DNA of 64,000 nucleotides from an uncultured Candidatus Rokubacteria bacterium (GCA_963708025.1 CAVPSB010000010.1:145762-209761), one strand, 5' to 3'. Positions 49,680-63,180 are shown, counted from the stretch's first letter. The notes: generated by a model not told the origin, from the sequence alone. Translations and numbers: made by a program.

Positions 49680-50371
49680 GTGACCTGGCGCCAGGTCACC
49701 CCCGTGAAGTCCGCCACGACCATCCGCACGCCGGCCTCCCGAAGGGCGGCTTCCGAACAGGTCGTGGCCACGCCGACTACGGACATCCCGGCCCGGCGAG
49801 CCGCGGACCACCCGACCAGCGCGTCCTCGAACACCACGCAGGCGGCAGGCGCTACCTGGAGGCGGGCCGCGACGTCGGTAGACCTCGGGGTCGGGCTTGC
49901 CCGGCCGGACGTCGTGCCCCGTCACCTGCACCGGGAAGGCGTCGGCCAGGCCCAGGGTCGCGAGGATGGGGTCACTCGCTCCGGCAGCGCCGACGTCGCC
50001 AGGGCCCGCAGCGCACGCCGAGCCCGCCCAGCGCTCGCACGAAGCGCACCACGCCGGGCACGTCGCCGCACCGTCCCACCCGACACCTCCGTCGTAGAGC
50101 GCCGCCTTGCGCCGGGTCAGCCGCTCGATCTCGTCCGGAGTCGACCGGCCGACCCAGCAGGGTGGGAAGCGACTCCCGGACCGGGCGGCCCAGCGTGCGC
50201 TCCGCCACCTCGGCCCGCGTGAGCGATGACCCCCTCCTCGAGGCAGAGCCGGCGCCACGCCGCATGATGATGCGGCTCGCTGTCGACCAGCACGCCGTCC
50301 ATGTCGAAGATGGCCGCCCGCGGCCGCTCCGACGGCTCACGCGACCAGGACTCCCACGTCGCGGCGGCCAC
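49680..50371 (-). pseudogene. HAD-superfamily phosphatase (beta-PGM-like), at least 3 frameshifts
   Basis: Motif I AIFDMDGVLVDSE (track ORF 50117..50371), then LTRAEVAERTLGRP in a second frame (49972..50388), then motif III GKPDPEVY in a third (49524..50258). Confidence 0.5.
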
Positions 50372-51495
50372 CGTAGACCGACACCCATCGGCCCAGCTCG
50401 GCCGAGCGATACAGCGCGTCCACGATCACGAGCGCCTTCCGCGCTTCCACGCCGTCCACCAGCGGGGGCCGACCCTCTCGGACGGCGGCGACGAAGTCCG
50501 TGATCTGCTCCGCGTAGGGCTCCACCGAGGGCGGGTCCGCCCGGCGCGCGACGACCAGCGCCGGACGACGCCGGCGGCGCCGTCGGTGCCCGGCTCCGCA
50601 GCCGGAACTCGAGATGCCCCCAGCTGCCGCTGACGGCCGCCGTCCCGCGATCCCCGAGGATGTCGACCGCCGGCGGCTGCTCCGGCGACCGCCGCCGTCG
50701 TGGCCTGCACCGTGGCCATCACGCCACCCTCGAACTCGAGCAGGCCGACCGCGACGTCCTCCACCTCGACATCGTGGACGGCGGTCCGTGGCGACGCGCG
50801 CCAGCGCCCGCCGGGGCATGCCCAGCACCCACTGGAGCAGGTCGATCATGTGAATGGCCTGGATCATCAGGACGCCGCCCCCGGCCTCGGCCTTGCCGGC
50901 CGCGCCAGGGGGAGTCGCGGAAGTAGCGAGCCGGGCCGGTGCTCCTTCGCCGTCACCGAGGCGAGGAACACGCCGGCCGAGCGCGCCGCTTCGGCACGGC
51001 GTCGCGCAGCCGACGCGGCCGCCGGCGTGAACCGGTTCTGGAAGACGCCGGCCAGCGTGACGCCGCGGCGCGCGGCACACCTCGATCAGCTCGTCGGCCG
51101 CGGCCACCGTGTGCGCCAGCGCCTTCTCCACGAGGACGTGGCGCCCGGCGCTCGCCGCGGCCTGCACCATCGGCAGGTGCAGATGATGCGGCGTCAGCAC
51201 CGCGACCGCGTCCACCGGCGCCCGAGCGGCGAGCGCCTCGCCGCTCTCGTACACTTCGGGGATCCCGTACCGGCTCGCCAGCGCCCTCGCCCGCGCCGCG
51301 TCGGCGTCGGCGATCGCGACGCACCTCGACGCCCGGGACCGAGCGCATCGCGGCGACGTGGATCTCCGCCGCCACGCCGGCGCCGATGAGGCCGAAGCGG
51401 AACGGCCCCGGCACGCGCTCAGCCACGCGTGGCGCCGCCAGCGCTCCACCGCCGCGGAGCCCGAGGCGCCGCGGCTCGAAGATCGCCGGGTCCAT
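50337..51495 (-). pseudogene. Gfo/Idh/MocA-family NAD(P) oxidoreductase, multiple frameshifts
   Basis: Rossmann N-terminus FRFGLIGAGVAAEIH (ORF 50953..51495), then ARALASRYGIPEVYESGEALAARAPVDAVAVLTPHHLHLPMVQAAASAGRHVLVEKALAHT and the C-terminal ...KALVIVDALYRSAELGRWVSV in ORF 50337..52187. Garbled stretches lie between them. Confidence 0.55.
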
Positions 51496-53040
51496 CGGCT
51501 TGAGGTCGGGCGAGATCGACGGGGCGAAACTCCATGCTCGGCCAGCACGTCCCGCTCCGAGGTCGCACCCGGGGGCGATCTCCAGGAGCTCGACCCCACG
51601 CGCGCCCGAGCCCGAAGACCGCCCGCTCGGTGACGTAGCGCACGGGCTTGCCGGCCGCCGCCGCCCGCGCGCCGCTGAAGGTGACGTGCTCCACCCGCTT
51701 CCTGAACTTCGTCACCCGCCCGCGGCTCGACGACCTGGAGGCGCGCCGTTCTCGATGCGGACGTCGCCGGCCTTGCCCGAACAGCCCGCAGAAGACGACC
51801 TGCTTCGCGTTCTGCGAGATGTCGATGAAGCCGCCGCATCCCGGCAGCCGCGAGCCGAACTTGCTGACGTTGACGTTCCCGGCCGCGTCGACCTCGGCGA
51901 ACGACAGGAACGCGAGATCCAGCCCGCCGCCCTGGTAGAAGTTGAACTGGGAGATCTGGTCGACGATCGCCTCGACGTTCGTCTGGGCGGCCAGCGCGCG
52001 GCCGCGCATCGGGAGCCCGCCGATCGTGCCCTGCTCGATCGTGATCGTGATGATCGTCGAGCAGCCCCTCCTGGGCGGCGACCACCGGGACCCCGTCCGA
52101 GATCCCGAACCCGATGTTGATGACGGCGCCCGGGCGGAGCTCCATCGCCGCACGGCGCGCGACCAGCATGCGCTCGTCCAGCGTCACCGGCGGCGCCGAC
52201 CCGCGGGGGGCTCTGATCTCCCCCGAGCACCGCCGGGTTGTAGCGCTCGACGCCGTGGATCTGCCAGGCCTCGGGATTCACGACGACTGCGTCGACCAGG
52301 ATCCCGGGCACGCGCACGAGCTGGGGGTGCAGGCTCCCCGGCGGGCGACGCGCTTGACCTCGGCGATCACGAGCCCGCCGTTGGCCCGGGCGGCCTGGGC
52401 CAGGGCCAGCGGCTCCAGGATCGCCGGCTCGTGCTCCATGCTCATGTTCCCGAACTCGTCGGCCGTCGTGCCGCGGATGATCGCGACGTCGATCGGCACC
52501 ACCGGAACGAGAGCCAGTCGCCCCCGTCCAGCTCGCACCCGCTCGACCAGGGCACGGTCGTCACGTCGTTCAGCCGTCCCCCGCCCTGCCGCGGATCCAC
52601 GAAGGTGTCGAGGCCGACGTGCGAGACGGACCCGCGGCTTCCGGCTGCGCGCCGGCCCAGACCATCTGGCAGACGACGCCCTGCGGGAAGCAGTAGGCCT
52701 CGATCCTGTTCGCGAGCGCGAGGGCCGCCATCCGGGGCGAGTCGCCCCAGCCGGGCGAGATGACGCGACGGACCAGCCCCTCGTGGGCGAAGTGGCTGGC
52801 CCCGGCGTCCCCGTCGTCGCCGAACCCGCACGGCTGGAGGAGCGTGATGCCGCGCGGACGCCCGGTCGCCAGGAACCGCCGCTCGATCGCCGACGAGACC
52901 GCTTCGGACAGGAGGAGCCGCCCGGCGCCCTCCACCCCGACCGTGGCGCCGTCGCGGACAGCTCGCGCCGCCGCCTCGGCGTGACGACCTTGGACCGGGT
53001 GGCCACGCGCCTTGCTGCATGGGCTCCGCCCCGTCACTCC
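51470..53040 (-). pseudogene. family-I CoA-transferase (YdiF/glutaconate-CoA-transferase-like, fused A+B), multiple frameshifts
   Basis: N-terminal DGATVGVEGAG...PRGITLLQPCGFGDDGDAGASHFAHEGLV (in ORF 52570..53547), middle ITIEQGTIGGLPMRG...NVNVSKFGSRLPGCGGFIDI (ORF 51419..52153), C-terminal pieces in a third frame. Confidence 0.55.
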
Positions 53041-53506
53041 GCGTAGGCCGACCTGGCCAGCCTTCCGGGTCTCGACCATCAGCCGATGCTCGCCCTCGTG
53101 GACCACCTCGCCGCGCTGGTTCACGAGCTGAAGGGCGAGGAAGAAGATGCCGCGCCCGGGGTCCTTCGTCGTGCGCTTGTCCCGGAGCCGGCACCGGACG
53201 TGGATCGTGTCCCCCAGGAAGACCGGCTTCCGGAAGTCCCAGGTCCAGCCGAGCGAGGCGATCCCCGCGAACTGATCCGCCCCCCCGCGCAGCTTCAGGC
53301 CCTCGGTGATCGCGAGGCCCAGGAGACCGTGGGCGATGCGGCGACCGTAGGCCGTGCCCTTGGCGAACTCGCTCGCTGATGTGCACCTCGCTCCAGTCGT
53401 CGGACAGGCTGGCGAACGTGACCACGTCCGTCTCGGTGATCGTCCGCGTCCGCGAGCGGAACTCCTCGCCGATCTCGACGTCCTCGTAGTACCGGATCTC
53501 CCCCAT
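53040..53506 (-). pseudogene. MaoC-like (R)-specific enoyl-CoA hydratase, hot-dog fold, 1 frameshift
   Basis: MGEIRYYEDVEIGEEF...DWSEVH (frame of ORF 52442..53623) continues as FAKGTAYGRRIAHGLLGLAITEG... in the frame of ORF 52570..53547. Confidence 0.55.
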
Positions 53507-53619
53507 GATGGGTCGTCCCTTCCGCGCCCCGCCGGCGCCCCTCGCACTCCGATCGGGACCTCCCGCCCACCCCCCTCCCCCAGCGGCTGGGGGAGGGGGG
53601 CGTCGGAGGACCCATTGCT

Positions 53620-54430
53620 TCACACGCTCTCAGCTTCGCTCTCGCTCGCTCCGCACGGTGGGCGCCTTGCCGTGAAGGACGCCCATCTCCTCGAAGATCC
53701 GGTAGATGCGCTCCACGTGGCCCCGAGAGCTCCGGCGCCTCGCCCAGGGCCAGCGGGCGCGGCCGCGGCAGGTCGATCGTCGATCTCGCGCACGATCCGG
53801 CCGGGCGACGGCGACATCACCAGGACGCGGTCGGACAGCCCCACCGCCTCCTCGATGCTGTGGGTGATGAACAGCACCGTCTGCCGCTCGGACAGCCACA
53901 GCCGCTCCAGGTCGAACCGGACCTGGAGCCGGGTCAGCGCATCGAGGGAGCCGAACGGCTCGTCCATCAGGAGCACGGACGGGCCGTGCACCAGCGCGCG
54001 CGCCAGCGAGACGCGCTGGCGCATGCCCCCCGACAGCTGCCGCGGGTACCGGGATCGGCGCCTGGGCGACGCCGAGCTGCTCCAGCAGCTCCTCGGCGCG
54101 CCGTCGCACCTCGCCGCATGTCGAGACGCCGGATCCGCCCCTGCAGGAGCACGTTGTCGAGGGCGCTGCGGAACTCGAGCAGGAGGTCGTCCTGGAAGAC
54201 GATCGCCGACGTCGGTCAGCGGCGACGACGAGCGCCGCGCCCGCCACCCGGATCACGCCGCTGGTCGGCCCGAGCAGGCCGGCCGTCATGAGCATCAGGG
54301 TGCTCTTGCCGCAGCCGCTCGGTCCGACCACGCTCACGAACTCGCCGGCGCCGGATGTGAGCGGAGAGCTCGGTCAGGGCCGGGAACGGCCGCTCCCCGT
54401 CGCTCGGAACACCTTGGTGACGCGATCGAT
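53620..54430 (-). pseudogene. ABC transporter ATP-binding protein (NitT/TauT/SsuB-like), frameshifted
   Basis: Walker A VVGPSGCGKSTL (ORF 53630..54337), signature/Walker [27 protein letters not shown] (ORF 53620..54024) in a different frame. Confidence 0.55.
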
Positions 54431-54489
54431 GTCGATCGGCGCACCGCGCTGACCCGCCATTCGGACGCCGTCCGCGAGCTTGGCGCCTA

Positions 54490-55560
54490 CCGGAGCGGAC
54501 AGCTCGTCGGCAGCGCTGCCGGGCAGGAACTCGTACGTGTAGTACGCCGAGGCCGGCACCGTCGGTCGACAGGCCGAGCACCTGCTGGGCGACGCTGACC
54601 GTCCGGGTCCAGGCCTCCGGCTCCGCCTTCCCGACGAACTTCGCGCCGTTCTTGCACATCAGCGCGATGGCCGCCTTCAGCTCGGCGAGGTTCCGGGGCG
54701 GGTCGGTGTCGGTCGGGAAACGTCTGCACCAGCGCCTTGATGGCGTCGTCCGGGCGCTTGATCGCCGCGTCCCAGCCCTCCAGGCTCGCCTGGATGAACT
54801 TCTTGCACGACGTCGCCCGTGCTGGGCGAGGGACGGCGTTCGACGCGATGATCGAGGTGCTGACCGTCGCCACCCCGTGGTCGGCGAAGGGCAGACTGAG
54901 GATGTCCACGCCCCGCTGGCGGAAGATCATGTCGTAGTTGTCGAGGGACCCCAGCATCGCGTCCACCTGCTTCTGCAGCAGGCTCGCGATCATGGCGTTC
55001 CCGGGCATGTTGACCAGGTTGACGTCGCTCTCCGACGAGCCCGTTGGCCTTGAACAGGATGGGGATCATCGCGGTCTGGGACTGGCCGGTCGGCACCGCC
55101 ACCGACCGGCCCTTGAGCTCCGCGATCGACTTGATCCCCGACGCGGCTCAGCACCGTCACCGCGTTCGGGTTCGACTGGTAGATCGTGGACACGACCTTC
55201 ATCGGGGCGCCCTTGGCGATCAGCTGCATGACGGCCAGGGCGTCGGCGTAGGCGATGTCGGCCTTGCCGGACGCGACGAGCTGCGCCGTGACGCCGGAGC
55301 CCTGTCCCTTGACGATCGTGACGTCCAGGCCCGGCCTCTTGTAGATGCCCTCCTGCAGCGCCAGCGCGAAGCCGGCGTTGTAGCCGCCGGCCGTGAAGTT
55401 GAGCTGGAACGCGACAGGCATCAGGCCGCCTGCGCGGACGCCGGCGCGCCCACCGGAACGAGGAGCCAGCCGGCCGCGGCGAGCCGCCGCGAGCGCCGCC
55501 GCGCCCACCGCGAACCCGGGGTCGTCTCCAGCGTGAGCAAGCCATGTGTCGACCTCCTTG
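54490..55560 (-). pseudogene. NMT1/SsuA-like periplasmic substrate-binding protein of the ABC system, frameshifted
   Basis: LMPVAFQLNFTAGGYNAGFALALQEGIYKRPGLDVTIVKGQGSGVTAQLVASGKADIAYAD... (ORF 54990..56234) and the C-terminal part in ORF 54487..55008, in different frames. Confidence 0.5.
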
Positions 55561-55576
55561 TCGATGGGGGTGAGCA

Positions 55577-56400
55577 CTACTCGCGCGTCCGTTGCCACGG
55601 CATGGCGAAGTACGCCACCGCCTCGATGAGGTAGTTCAGGCCGATGCCGATGATCGTGAGGATCAGCAGGATGGCGAAGATCAGCGGGCGTGTCCAGCGT
55701 CGCCGGTCGCGACCAGGAGCTGGTAGCCCGAGCCCCGAGTTCGAGCCGACGAACTCCGCGACGATGGCCGCGGTCGCCGCGATCGTCGCCGGCGTCTTGA
55801 GCCCCGAGAAGATCACGTGGAGCGCGCTCGGGAACCGCACGTGCCAGAACGTCTGCCAGGCCGACGCGCCCATGGACCGGGTCAGGTAGAGGAGCCGCGT
55901 GTCGAGCGCCTGGAACCCCGCGATGCTGGCCAGCAGGAGCGGGAAGAAGGTCAGGAGGACCGTCAGGAGCACCTTCGACTGGATCCCGAAGCCGAACCAG
56001 ACCAGGAACAGCGGCGCGATCGCGATCTTCGGCACCAGCTGGATGAAGACCAGGACGGGGTACGCGATGCGCCGCGCGACGAGCGACAGCGCGATCAGGA
56101 GCCCCAGCGGGATGCTCAGGACCACCGTGATGGCAAAGCCGATGACGATCTCGCGAAGCGTGATCACGGTGTTCTGCCACAACGCCTGCCGGGCCTGGAG
56201 CAGCCTCGGGATGACCGCCTGCGGGCGCCGGCACCAGGTAGTCCGGAATCCGGAAGATCGCGACCAGGGCGCCCCACAGGGCGATGAGGCACGACGAAGG
56301 TCAGCACCGGGGCGCGAGGCCCAGGCGAGGCGGCGGAGCCGGGAGTCCCGCGGCCGGGGAGCTGGATCGTGACGTCGCCGCTCTCGAGACCCTGCACGAC
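55577..56400 (-). pseudogene. ABC transporter permease (SsuC/TauC-like, BPD_transp_1), compensating indels
   Basis: TM core ...IALSLVARRIAYPVLVFIQLVPKIAIAPLF... intact. Near the C-terminus GLG|LPAPGRDRRR|WTRPLIF: nucleotide inspection shows an extra G in a G-run plus a compensating loss ~30 nt downstream. Confidence 0.55.
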
Positions 56401-56528
56401 GGTCTCCATCGCGACGGATCGGCCGACTCACGTCCCGCGGGACGGTCGCGCGGCCAGCCGCTACCGCCCGCGTTCCGGGCGTCATTCGGCCCCGAACAGA
56501 TCCGGCGCCATCGGCCGGAGGTCCGGGC

Positions 56529-58019
56529 TCACCCGGACCGGGAATTCGACGTGCGCGAGCACGTCCGTTCCGGACGTCGACGCCCGGGCGCCACCTCGGT
56601 GAGCACCATGCCGTCCCGCTCCCGGCGGAAGACCGCGCGCTCGGTCACGTAGACCGCCTCCTGGCCCTTCTTGACGGCCGCTTCGCCGTTGAACGTGATC
56701 AGCTCGACGTCCGCCACGAACCGGCGGATCTGTGCCTTCCCGCTCGATCCGGAGACCGGCCGCGACTCACGGACGTCCGGAGGCCCTTGGCCGTCAGCGT
56801 CCCGCAGAAGACGATCTTGCGGGCGGCGTGGACGATGTTGATGAAGCCGCCCGAGCCCGGCATCATGCCGCCGAACCGCGCGACGTTGACGTTGCCGAGC
56901 CGGTCCACCTCGCCGAACGACAGGCACGCCACGTCGATGCCGCCGCCGTCGTACCAGTCGAAGACCTGGAGCGAGTCGATGATCGCCGAGGGGCCCACGG
57001 CCACGCCGCCCACCCCGGGCAGCCCGCCCGATCGGCCCCTGCTCGATGGTGAAGGTGATCTGCTGGGCCACGCCGCGCTGCACCGCCACGTGCGGGACCA
57101 CGTACATCGGGATGCCGGCCCCCAGGTTCACGACGTTGCCGGGCGCGGAACTCCCGAATCGCCCGGCGGGCGATGACGACCTTCTCGTCGAGTGGCAGCC
57201 GGGCCGGGCGGAGCGGCGCTCGGATCTCGCCGCTCATCGTCGGGTCGTGCTCGTCCTCGAACTCCTCGGGCGCCACGACGACGTAGTCCACCAGGGGCGC
57301 CGGGATGACCACCGCCCTCGGATGGAGCGACCCGGCGGCCGCGGTGCGCGTCACCTCGGCGATGACCGTGCCGCCCGAGTTCCGGGCGGCCATCGCCATG
57401 TAGAACACGCCCAGCGTGAAGGGATCGCGCTCGAGCGACGATGTTCCCGTGCTCGTCCGCGGTCGTCCCCTTGACGATCGCCACGTCGATGGGCTGCCGC
57501 GGATAGAAGAGCGCCTCTTCGCCGCCCAGGGTCACGAGCTGGGCGAGCGGCGTCCGGGTCGCCGCGTTCATGCGGCCACCCTGCCGCCGGGGATCGACGA
57601 ACGTGTCGAGGCCGACCGGCGTCACGAGGCCGGGGCTCCCGGTGGCCGTCGCCCGGATCCACGCGAAGATCGTGCCCATGGGCAGGTTGTAGGCCTCGAC
57701 GGCGTCCTGCGTGACCAGCTGGTTCAGCTCCTTGTCGGCGTCCCGGCTGAAGGAGCCGGCCACGACCCGCCGCATCAGACCCGGCCTGGCCAGGCGGTTC
57801 ACCCCGGTGCCCCGGCCGCCGCTGCCGGCGCGGGCCCGCTCCGCCATGATCGGGTAGACCACCTGGAGCCGCCGGGGCCGGCCCTCGCTCGAGGAAGCGC
57901 GCCTCGAGCGCCGTCAGGACGGACTCGGCCACCAGGCGATAGGTGTTCCCGGACAGCACGACGGTGGCCTCGTCGCGGACCTGCGCCGCGGCCTCGGCGG
58001 CGCTCACGAAGACGGCCAT
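56529..58019 (-). pseudogene. second family-I CoA-transferase paralogue, multiple frameshifts
   Basis: N-terminus MAVFVSAAEAAAQVRDEATVVLSGNTYRL (ORF 57351..58019), middle pieces in ORFs 57128..57862 and 56699..57013, C-terminal ITFTIEQGPIG... in ORF 56529..57131. Each piece is in a different frame. Confidence 0.55.
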
Positions 58020-58059
58020 GCCGGCTCCTCTACGCCTTCGAGTCTCGAGATTTACGGTC

Positions 58060-58810
<751 letters not shown>

Positions 58811-58849
58811 CCCTGGCGACCAGGCGCACCCGCGGGTCACCCCGCGATC

Positions 58850-59600
58850 GAGGCGCCCCCGTCGACGACGAGGTTCTGGCCCGTGATGAACTCCGACTCG
58901 GACGAGGCCAGGAAGACCGCGCACCCGGCCACGTCCTCCGGAGTCCCCAGGCGGTGATACGGGCGTCCGCCGGCGTACCTCCTCGAGCTTGCCGGCCGCG
59001 GCCAGCTCGCGCGTGGCGTCGGTCACGATGAACCCGGGGCAGATCGCGTTGACGGCGATCCCGTGCGGCCCGGCCTCGACCGCGAGCTGGCGCGTCAGGC
59101 TCGAGACCCCGCCCTTGGCCGCGCAGTACTCGGCCCGTCCGGGCGCCACCCCCTGGAGGGCCAGCCGCGACGAGATGTTGATGATCCGGCCGCCCTGGCC
59201 CTGCCGGATCAGCTGCCGCAGGGCGGCCTGGCATCCGAACCAGACCCCGGTCAGGTCGACCGCGATCACCTGCTGCCACTCCGCCTCCGTCTTCTCGACG
59301 GCCGGGCGTGAGCGACGGACAGGACGCCCGCGTTGTTGACCATGACGTGGAGCGCGCCGAACTCGGCCACGGCGCCGGCCACGAGCGCCTCCACCTCCGC
59401 TCGCCGCGTCACGTCGGTCGCCACGAAGGCCGCCCGCCCGCCTGCGCTCCGGATGACCTCGGCGGTCGGCGGCGCCTCCGTCGGCCGGGCGCTCCCGGAC
59501 GTCGCCGATGGTCACGGCCGCGCCCGCGCGGGCGAGGGCGAGCGCGATCGCCCGTCCCAGGCCGGAAGTCCCGCCGGTCACGACGGCGACTCGGCCGGCC
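58850..59600 (-). pseudogene. short-chain dehydrogenase/reductase (SDR), frameshifted
   Basis: TGGTSGLGRAIALALARAGAAV...NISSRLALQGVAPGRAEYCAAKGGV (YxxxK) ...ICPGFIVTD. These are interrupted by out-of-frame stretches in ORF 58052..59581. Confidence 0.5.
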
Positions 59601-59649
59601 AGCCGTCCGTTCGGCGATCCGTCGGACGATCGTCATGCGCCCTACAGGA

Positions 59650-60545
59650 GCCCCGCGTGGACCAGGGCCCGCCGGACGCGGGCCCGCTCCTCGTCCGATG
59701 GCGGGAGGCAGAGGAGCCCGCACGACCGCGTTCTTCAGCATCCCCTGGAAGACCAGCGCCTCCTTCATCCGCACGCGGTAGTTCCGGAGGGGCGGCGCGT
59801 AGATCGCCTGGCACAGCGGGTCGAGCCGGTCCCGCAGCGCGGCCCCGGTGGCCAGGTCGCCGCGCCGCACGGCGTCGAGCATCGCGATCTGGGGGGCCGT
59901 CGCCGTCGCCCCCATGCCGAGGAGCGCCCCGTCCGCCCCGAGCAGATACGACTCGTAGATGAAGGTGTCGTTGCCGGTCAGGATCTTCAGCGGCCGGGGG
60001 AACGTCCGGTTCACCCGGACGATCTGGATGAAGCGGGTCGCGTCGAAGCTCGCCTCCTTCAGCCCGACCACGCCCTCGAGCGTCCGCGAGCTGGCGCAGC
60101 GTCTCCGCGGGTAGACGACGCCGCCGAACTGCGCCGGACGGTGGAACAGGATCACCGGCAGCCCGCTCGCCTGGATGATCGCGCGGTGGTACTCGACCGC
60201 GGTCCGGCGCGGGCAGCCCCTCGCCGCCGAAGGCCCGCGGCGGGAACACCAGCAGCCCCGCCGCCCCCGCCCGGCCGCCGCCCGCGCCTGGGCCACCGCC
60301 TCCGCCGTGGACTCGCTGATGATCGCCGGCGACGACCGGCAGCCGGCTCCCGACGGCCCCCACGACCCGCTCGAGCACCTGGGCGCGCTCCTCGGAGTAG
60401 AGGAGCTCGCCTTCGCCCGCGCTGGAGTTCACGACGATCGCCTTCGGGCCGTCGTCGGCGATCCAGCGGACGTACCGCTCCATCGTGTCCAGGTCGATCG
60501 CCCCGTCGTCCCGCATCGGCAGCACCGGCGCGGCGATGTACCCCT
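59650..60545 (-). pseudogene. DapA/DHDPS-family aldolase (KDG-aldolase/dihydrodipicolinate-synthase-like), frameshifted
   Basis: N-terminus MTGAMGTVRALDVEGYIAAPVLPMRDDGAIDLDTMERYVRWIADDGPKAIVVNSSAGEGELL (ORF 59578..60852) and C-terminal half ...ILTGNDTFIYESYLLGADGALLGMGATATAPQIAMLDAV... (ORF 59409..60296) in different frames. Confidence 0.55.
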
Positions 60546-60589
60546 CGACGTCGAGCGCGCGCACCGTCCCCATGGCGCCGGTCATCCTT

Positions 60590-61418
60590 TCACGGCGCCG
60601 GCGGCCAGGCCGGTCGCCAGGTAGCGCTGCACGGCCACGCCGAGGATCGCGGTCGGGAGCAGCACCAGCATGCCCGCCGCCGCGACGCGGTCCCAGTACA
60701 CCGCGCGCTCCGTGATGAAGCCCGGAGATCATGACCGGCAGCGTGCGCGCGCCGCGGCCCGTCAGGATCACCGCGTAGATGAAGTCGTTCCACGAGTAGA
60801 GGAACGTGAGGACCGCCGTGGCCGCGATGCCCGGCGCCATGATGGGGATCACGACGCGCCACAGCGGCTTCGAGCCGCCCGCAGCCGTCCACCTGGGCGG
60901 CCTCCTCCAGCTCCACGGGCACCCGCAGCACGAATCCCCGCAGCAGCCACACGGACAGCGGAAGCGTCAGCGAGATGTGGGTCACGATGAGGCCGAGCCG
61001 GGTGTCGAGGAGGCCCAGCCGGAGATAGATCACGAAGAGCGGGATGATCATGGCGATCGGCGGCATGACGTGCACGCAGAGGACCGCCAGGGACAGCGTC
61101 TCCCGCCCGTGATACCGGAACCGCACGAAGCTGTACGCGGCCGGCAGGCCCAGCGCGATGGCCCCGGCGCTGCTGCACACGGCCACCACGAGGCTGTTCC
61201 GCGAGATACCGGACGAACGGATGGAGCGTCAGCACCTCGCGGTAGCCGGACAGGGAGGGCGTGAACAGCCACGCCGGCGGGAGCTCGATCAGCAGCGTCT
61301 CCGGCAGGATCGAGAGCCGGGCCAGCCACAGGATCGGGAAGGCCACGTAGCCGACGAGCAGGACGCTCCCGGCCGCCACGGCCACCCGGCGGAGCCTGCG
61401 CCACCCACGCCCCGCCAT
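60590..61418 (-). pseudogene. sugar ABC transporter permease (MalG/UgpE-like), frameshifted
   Basis: N-terminus in ORF 60849..61418, EAAxxDG signature region (EEAAQVDGCG) in ORF 60590..61189, C-terminal MIPIMAPGIAATAVLTFLYSWNDFIYA in ORF 59578..60852. Confidence 0.55.
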
Positions 61419-61421
61419 CCC

Positions 61422-62408
61422 TTATTCCCCTCGCACGCCGCTCGAGGCGCGATAGTAGACGAGGGCGACCGCGGTCATGAACAGCACCATGCCGACGGCC
61501 ACGGTGGCGGAGTAGCCGAGCTGCCCGTAGCTGAAGGCCAGCTTGTTCACGAGGATGCTGAGCGTCTCGGTGGATTCGGCGGGGCCGCCGCCGGTCATGA
61601 CGAACACGATGTCGAAGACCCGGAACGTCGCCACGAACCGCCAGAAGACCGCGACGAACACTACCGGCGCCAGCAGCGGGAGGGTGACGTGGAGGAAGCG
61701 GCGCGCGGCCCCGGCGCCGTCGACCCGCGCCGCCTCGTAGTACTCCTCGGGGATCGACTGCAAGCCGGCCAGGAGCAGGAGCGTCACGAACGGCGTCTGG
61801 TTCCACACGTCGGTGGCGATGACGGCGATGGTGGCCCAGGGGGTGGCGGCCAGCCAGACCACCGGATCGACGCCGACCCGGTCCAGCGCGTAGTTGACGA
61901 TGCCGTAGGAGTAGTTGAACAGGATCCGGAAGGTGATCCCGAGGACCACCGGGGTGAGCATCAGCGGGAACAGCGCGACCGCCCGCAGGAAGCGCCGCCC
62001 CGGCAGCCGCTGGTTCAGGAACAGGGCGACGCCCAGGCCCAGGGCCAGCTCGACCGCCACTGCCCCAACCACGAAGACGCCGGTGCGGGTCAGTGCGTTC
62101 CACACCAGCGGATCCCGCGCCACCGCCAGGTAGTTCGCGACGCCGGCGAACCGGCCCCCCGTCGCGAACTCGAACAGCTGCATGTGACGGGTGCTCAGGT
62201 AGAGGGAGTAGAGCACGGGATACAGGAACACCGACACCAGGAAGAGGCAGGTGGGGGTGACGAGCAGATACGGGTAGAGGCGGGCCAGGCGTCGCCGCCG
62301 GGCGCGCGCCGGCGCCGTCGCCAGCCCTGGCCCGATCCCCGCCGACGCCCCGGACCCCGCGCCACCGCTGGCGGGGACGTCTCGCTCTAGCACCCCGGCA
62401 GGACCCAT
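61422..62408 (-). CDS. sugar ABC transporter permease (MalF/UgpA-like), intact
   Basis: 328 aa, 6 TM helices, EAA loop YEAARVDGAGAARRFLHVTLP. No frameshift detected. Confidence 0.75.
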   Translation of the reverse strand: MGPAGVLERDVPASGGAGSGASAGIGPGLATAPARARRRRLARLYPYLLVTPTCLFLVSVFLYPVLYSLYLSTRHMQLFEFATGGRFAGVANYLAVARDPLVWNALTRTGVFVVGAVAVELALGLGVALFLNQRLPGRRFLRAVALFPLMLTPVVLGITFRILFNYSYGIVNYALDRVGVDPVVWLAATPWATIAVIATDVWNQTPFVTLLLLAGLQSIPEEYYEAARVDGAGAARRFLHVTLPLLAPVVFVAVFWRFVATFRVFDIVFVMTGGGPAESTETLSILVNKLAFSYGQLGYSATVAVGMVLFMTAVALVYYRASSGVRGE

Positions 62409-62415
62409 GGCCGGC

Positions 62416-63180
62416 TCACATGTTGATGGACATGCCCCCGTTCACGTTCAGCGTCACGCCGGTGATCTCGCGCGCGTCGTCGGACGCCAGGAACGTGATG
62501 GCCGCCGCGATGTCCTCCGGCTGCTGAAGCCGCTTGAACGGTGCGCCCTGGATCTGCTGGTCGATGCGCTGCTCCTTGCTGATCCCGAAGTGCTTCACGT
62601 ACCCGCGCCCGATGTCCTCCGCCATGAGGGTGGACACGAAGCCGGGACAGACCGCGTTGACGTTGATGTTGTACGGAGCCAGCGCGATCGCCGCCGACTG
62701 GGTCAGGCTGATGACGCCCATCTTGGCCGCCCCGTAGGTCATGCAGTTCGGGACCGGCACCCGGGCGGCGGTCGAGGACAGGTTGACGATCTTGCCGCGG
62801 CGGCGCGGCATCATCACCCGGGCGGCCGCCTGCATGCCGAAGAACACCGCCTTCAGGTTGATCGCGAGGATGCGATCGTAGTCCGCCTCGGTGATCTCGA
62901 CGAACGGCGCGATGTGCTGGACGCCGGCATTGTTGACGAGCACGTCGACCTGCCCGAAGCTCGGCCACCGCGCGCTCCACCATGACGCCGATCTGGGCGA
63001 CCTGCGTGACGTCGACCGTCAGCTCGTCGACCCGCCGTCCGGTCTTGTGGCGGACCAGGGTGGCCGTCTCCGCCATCAGCGCCGGGTTGATGTCGGCCAG
63101 CGCGAGGTCGCTGCCCTCTTCCGCCAGGCGCAGGGCGGTGGCTCGGCCGATGCCCGCCGCCGGCGCCCGTGATCACCGAC
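62416..63180 (-). pseudogene. SDR-family oxidoreductase (second copy), frameshifted
   Basis: MRLEGKVSVITGAG... (in ORF 62853..63914), ...AETATLVRHKTGRRVDELTVDVT... (ORF 62387..63076), then LVNNAGVQHIAPFVEIT...YGAAKMGVISLT...NVNGGMSINM (ORF 62416..62943). Confidence 0.55.
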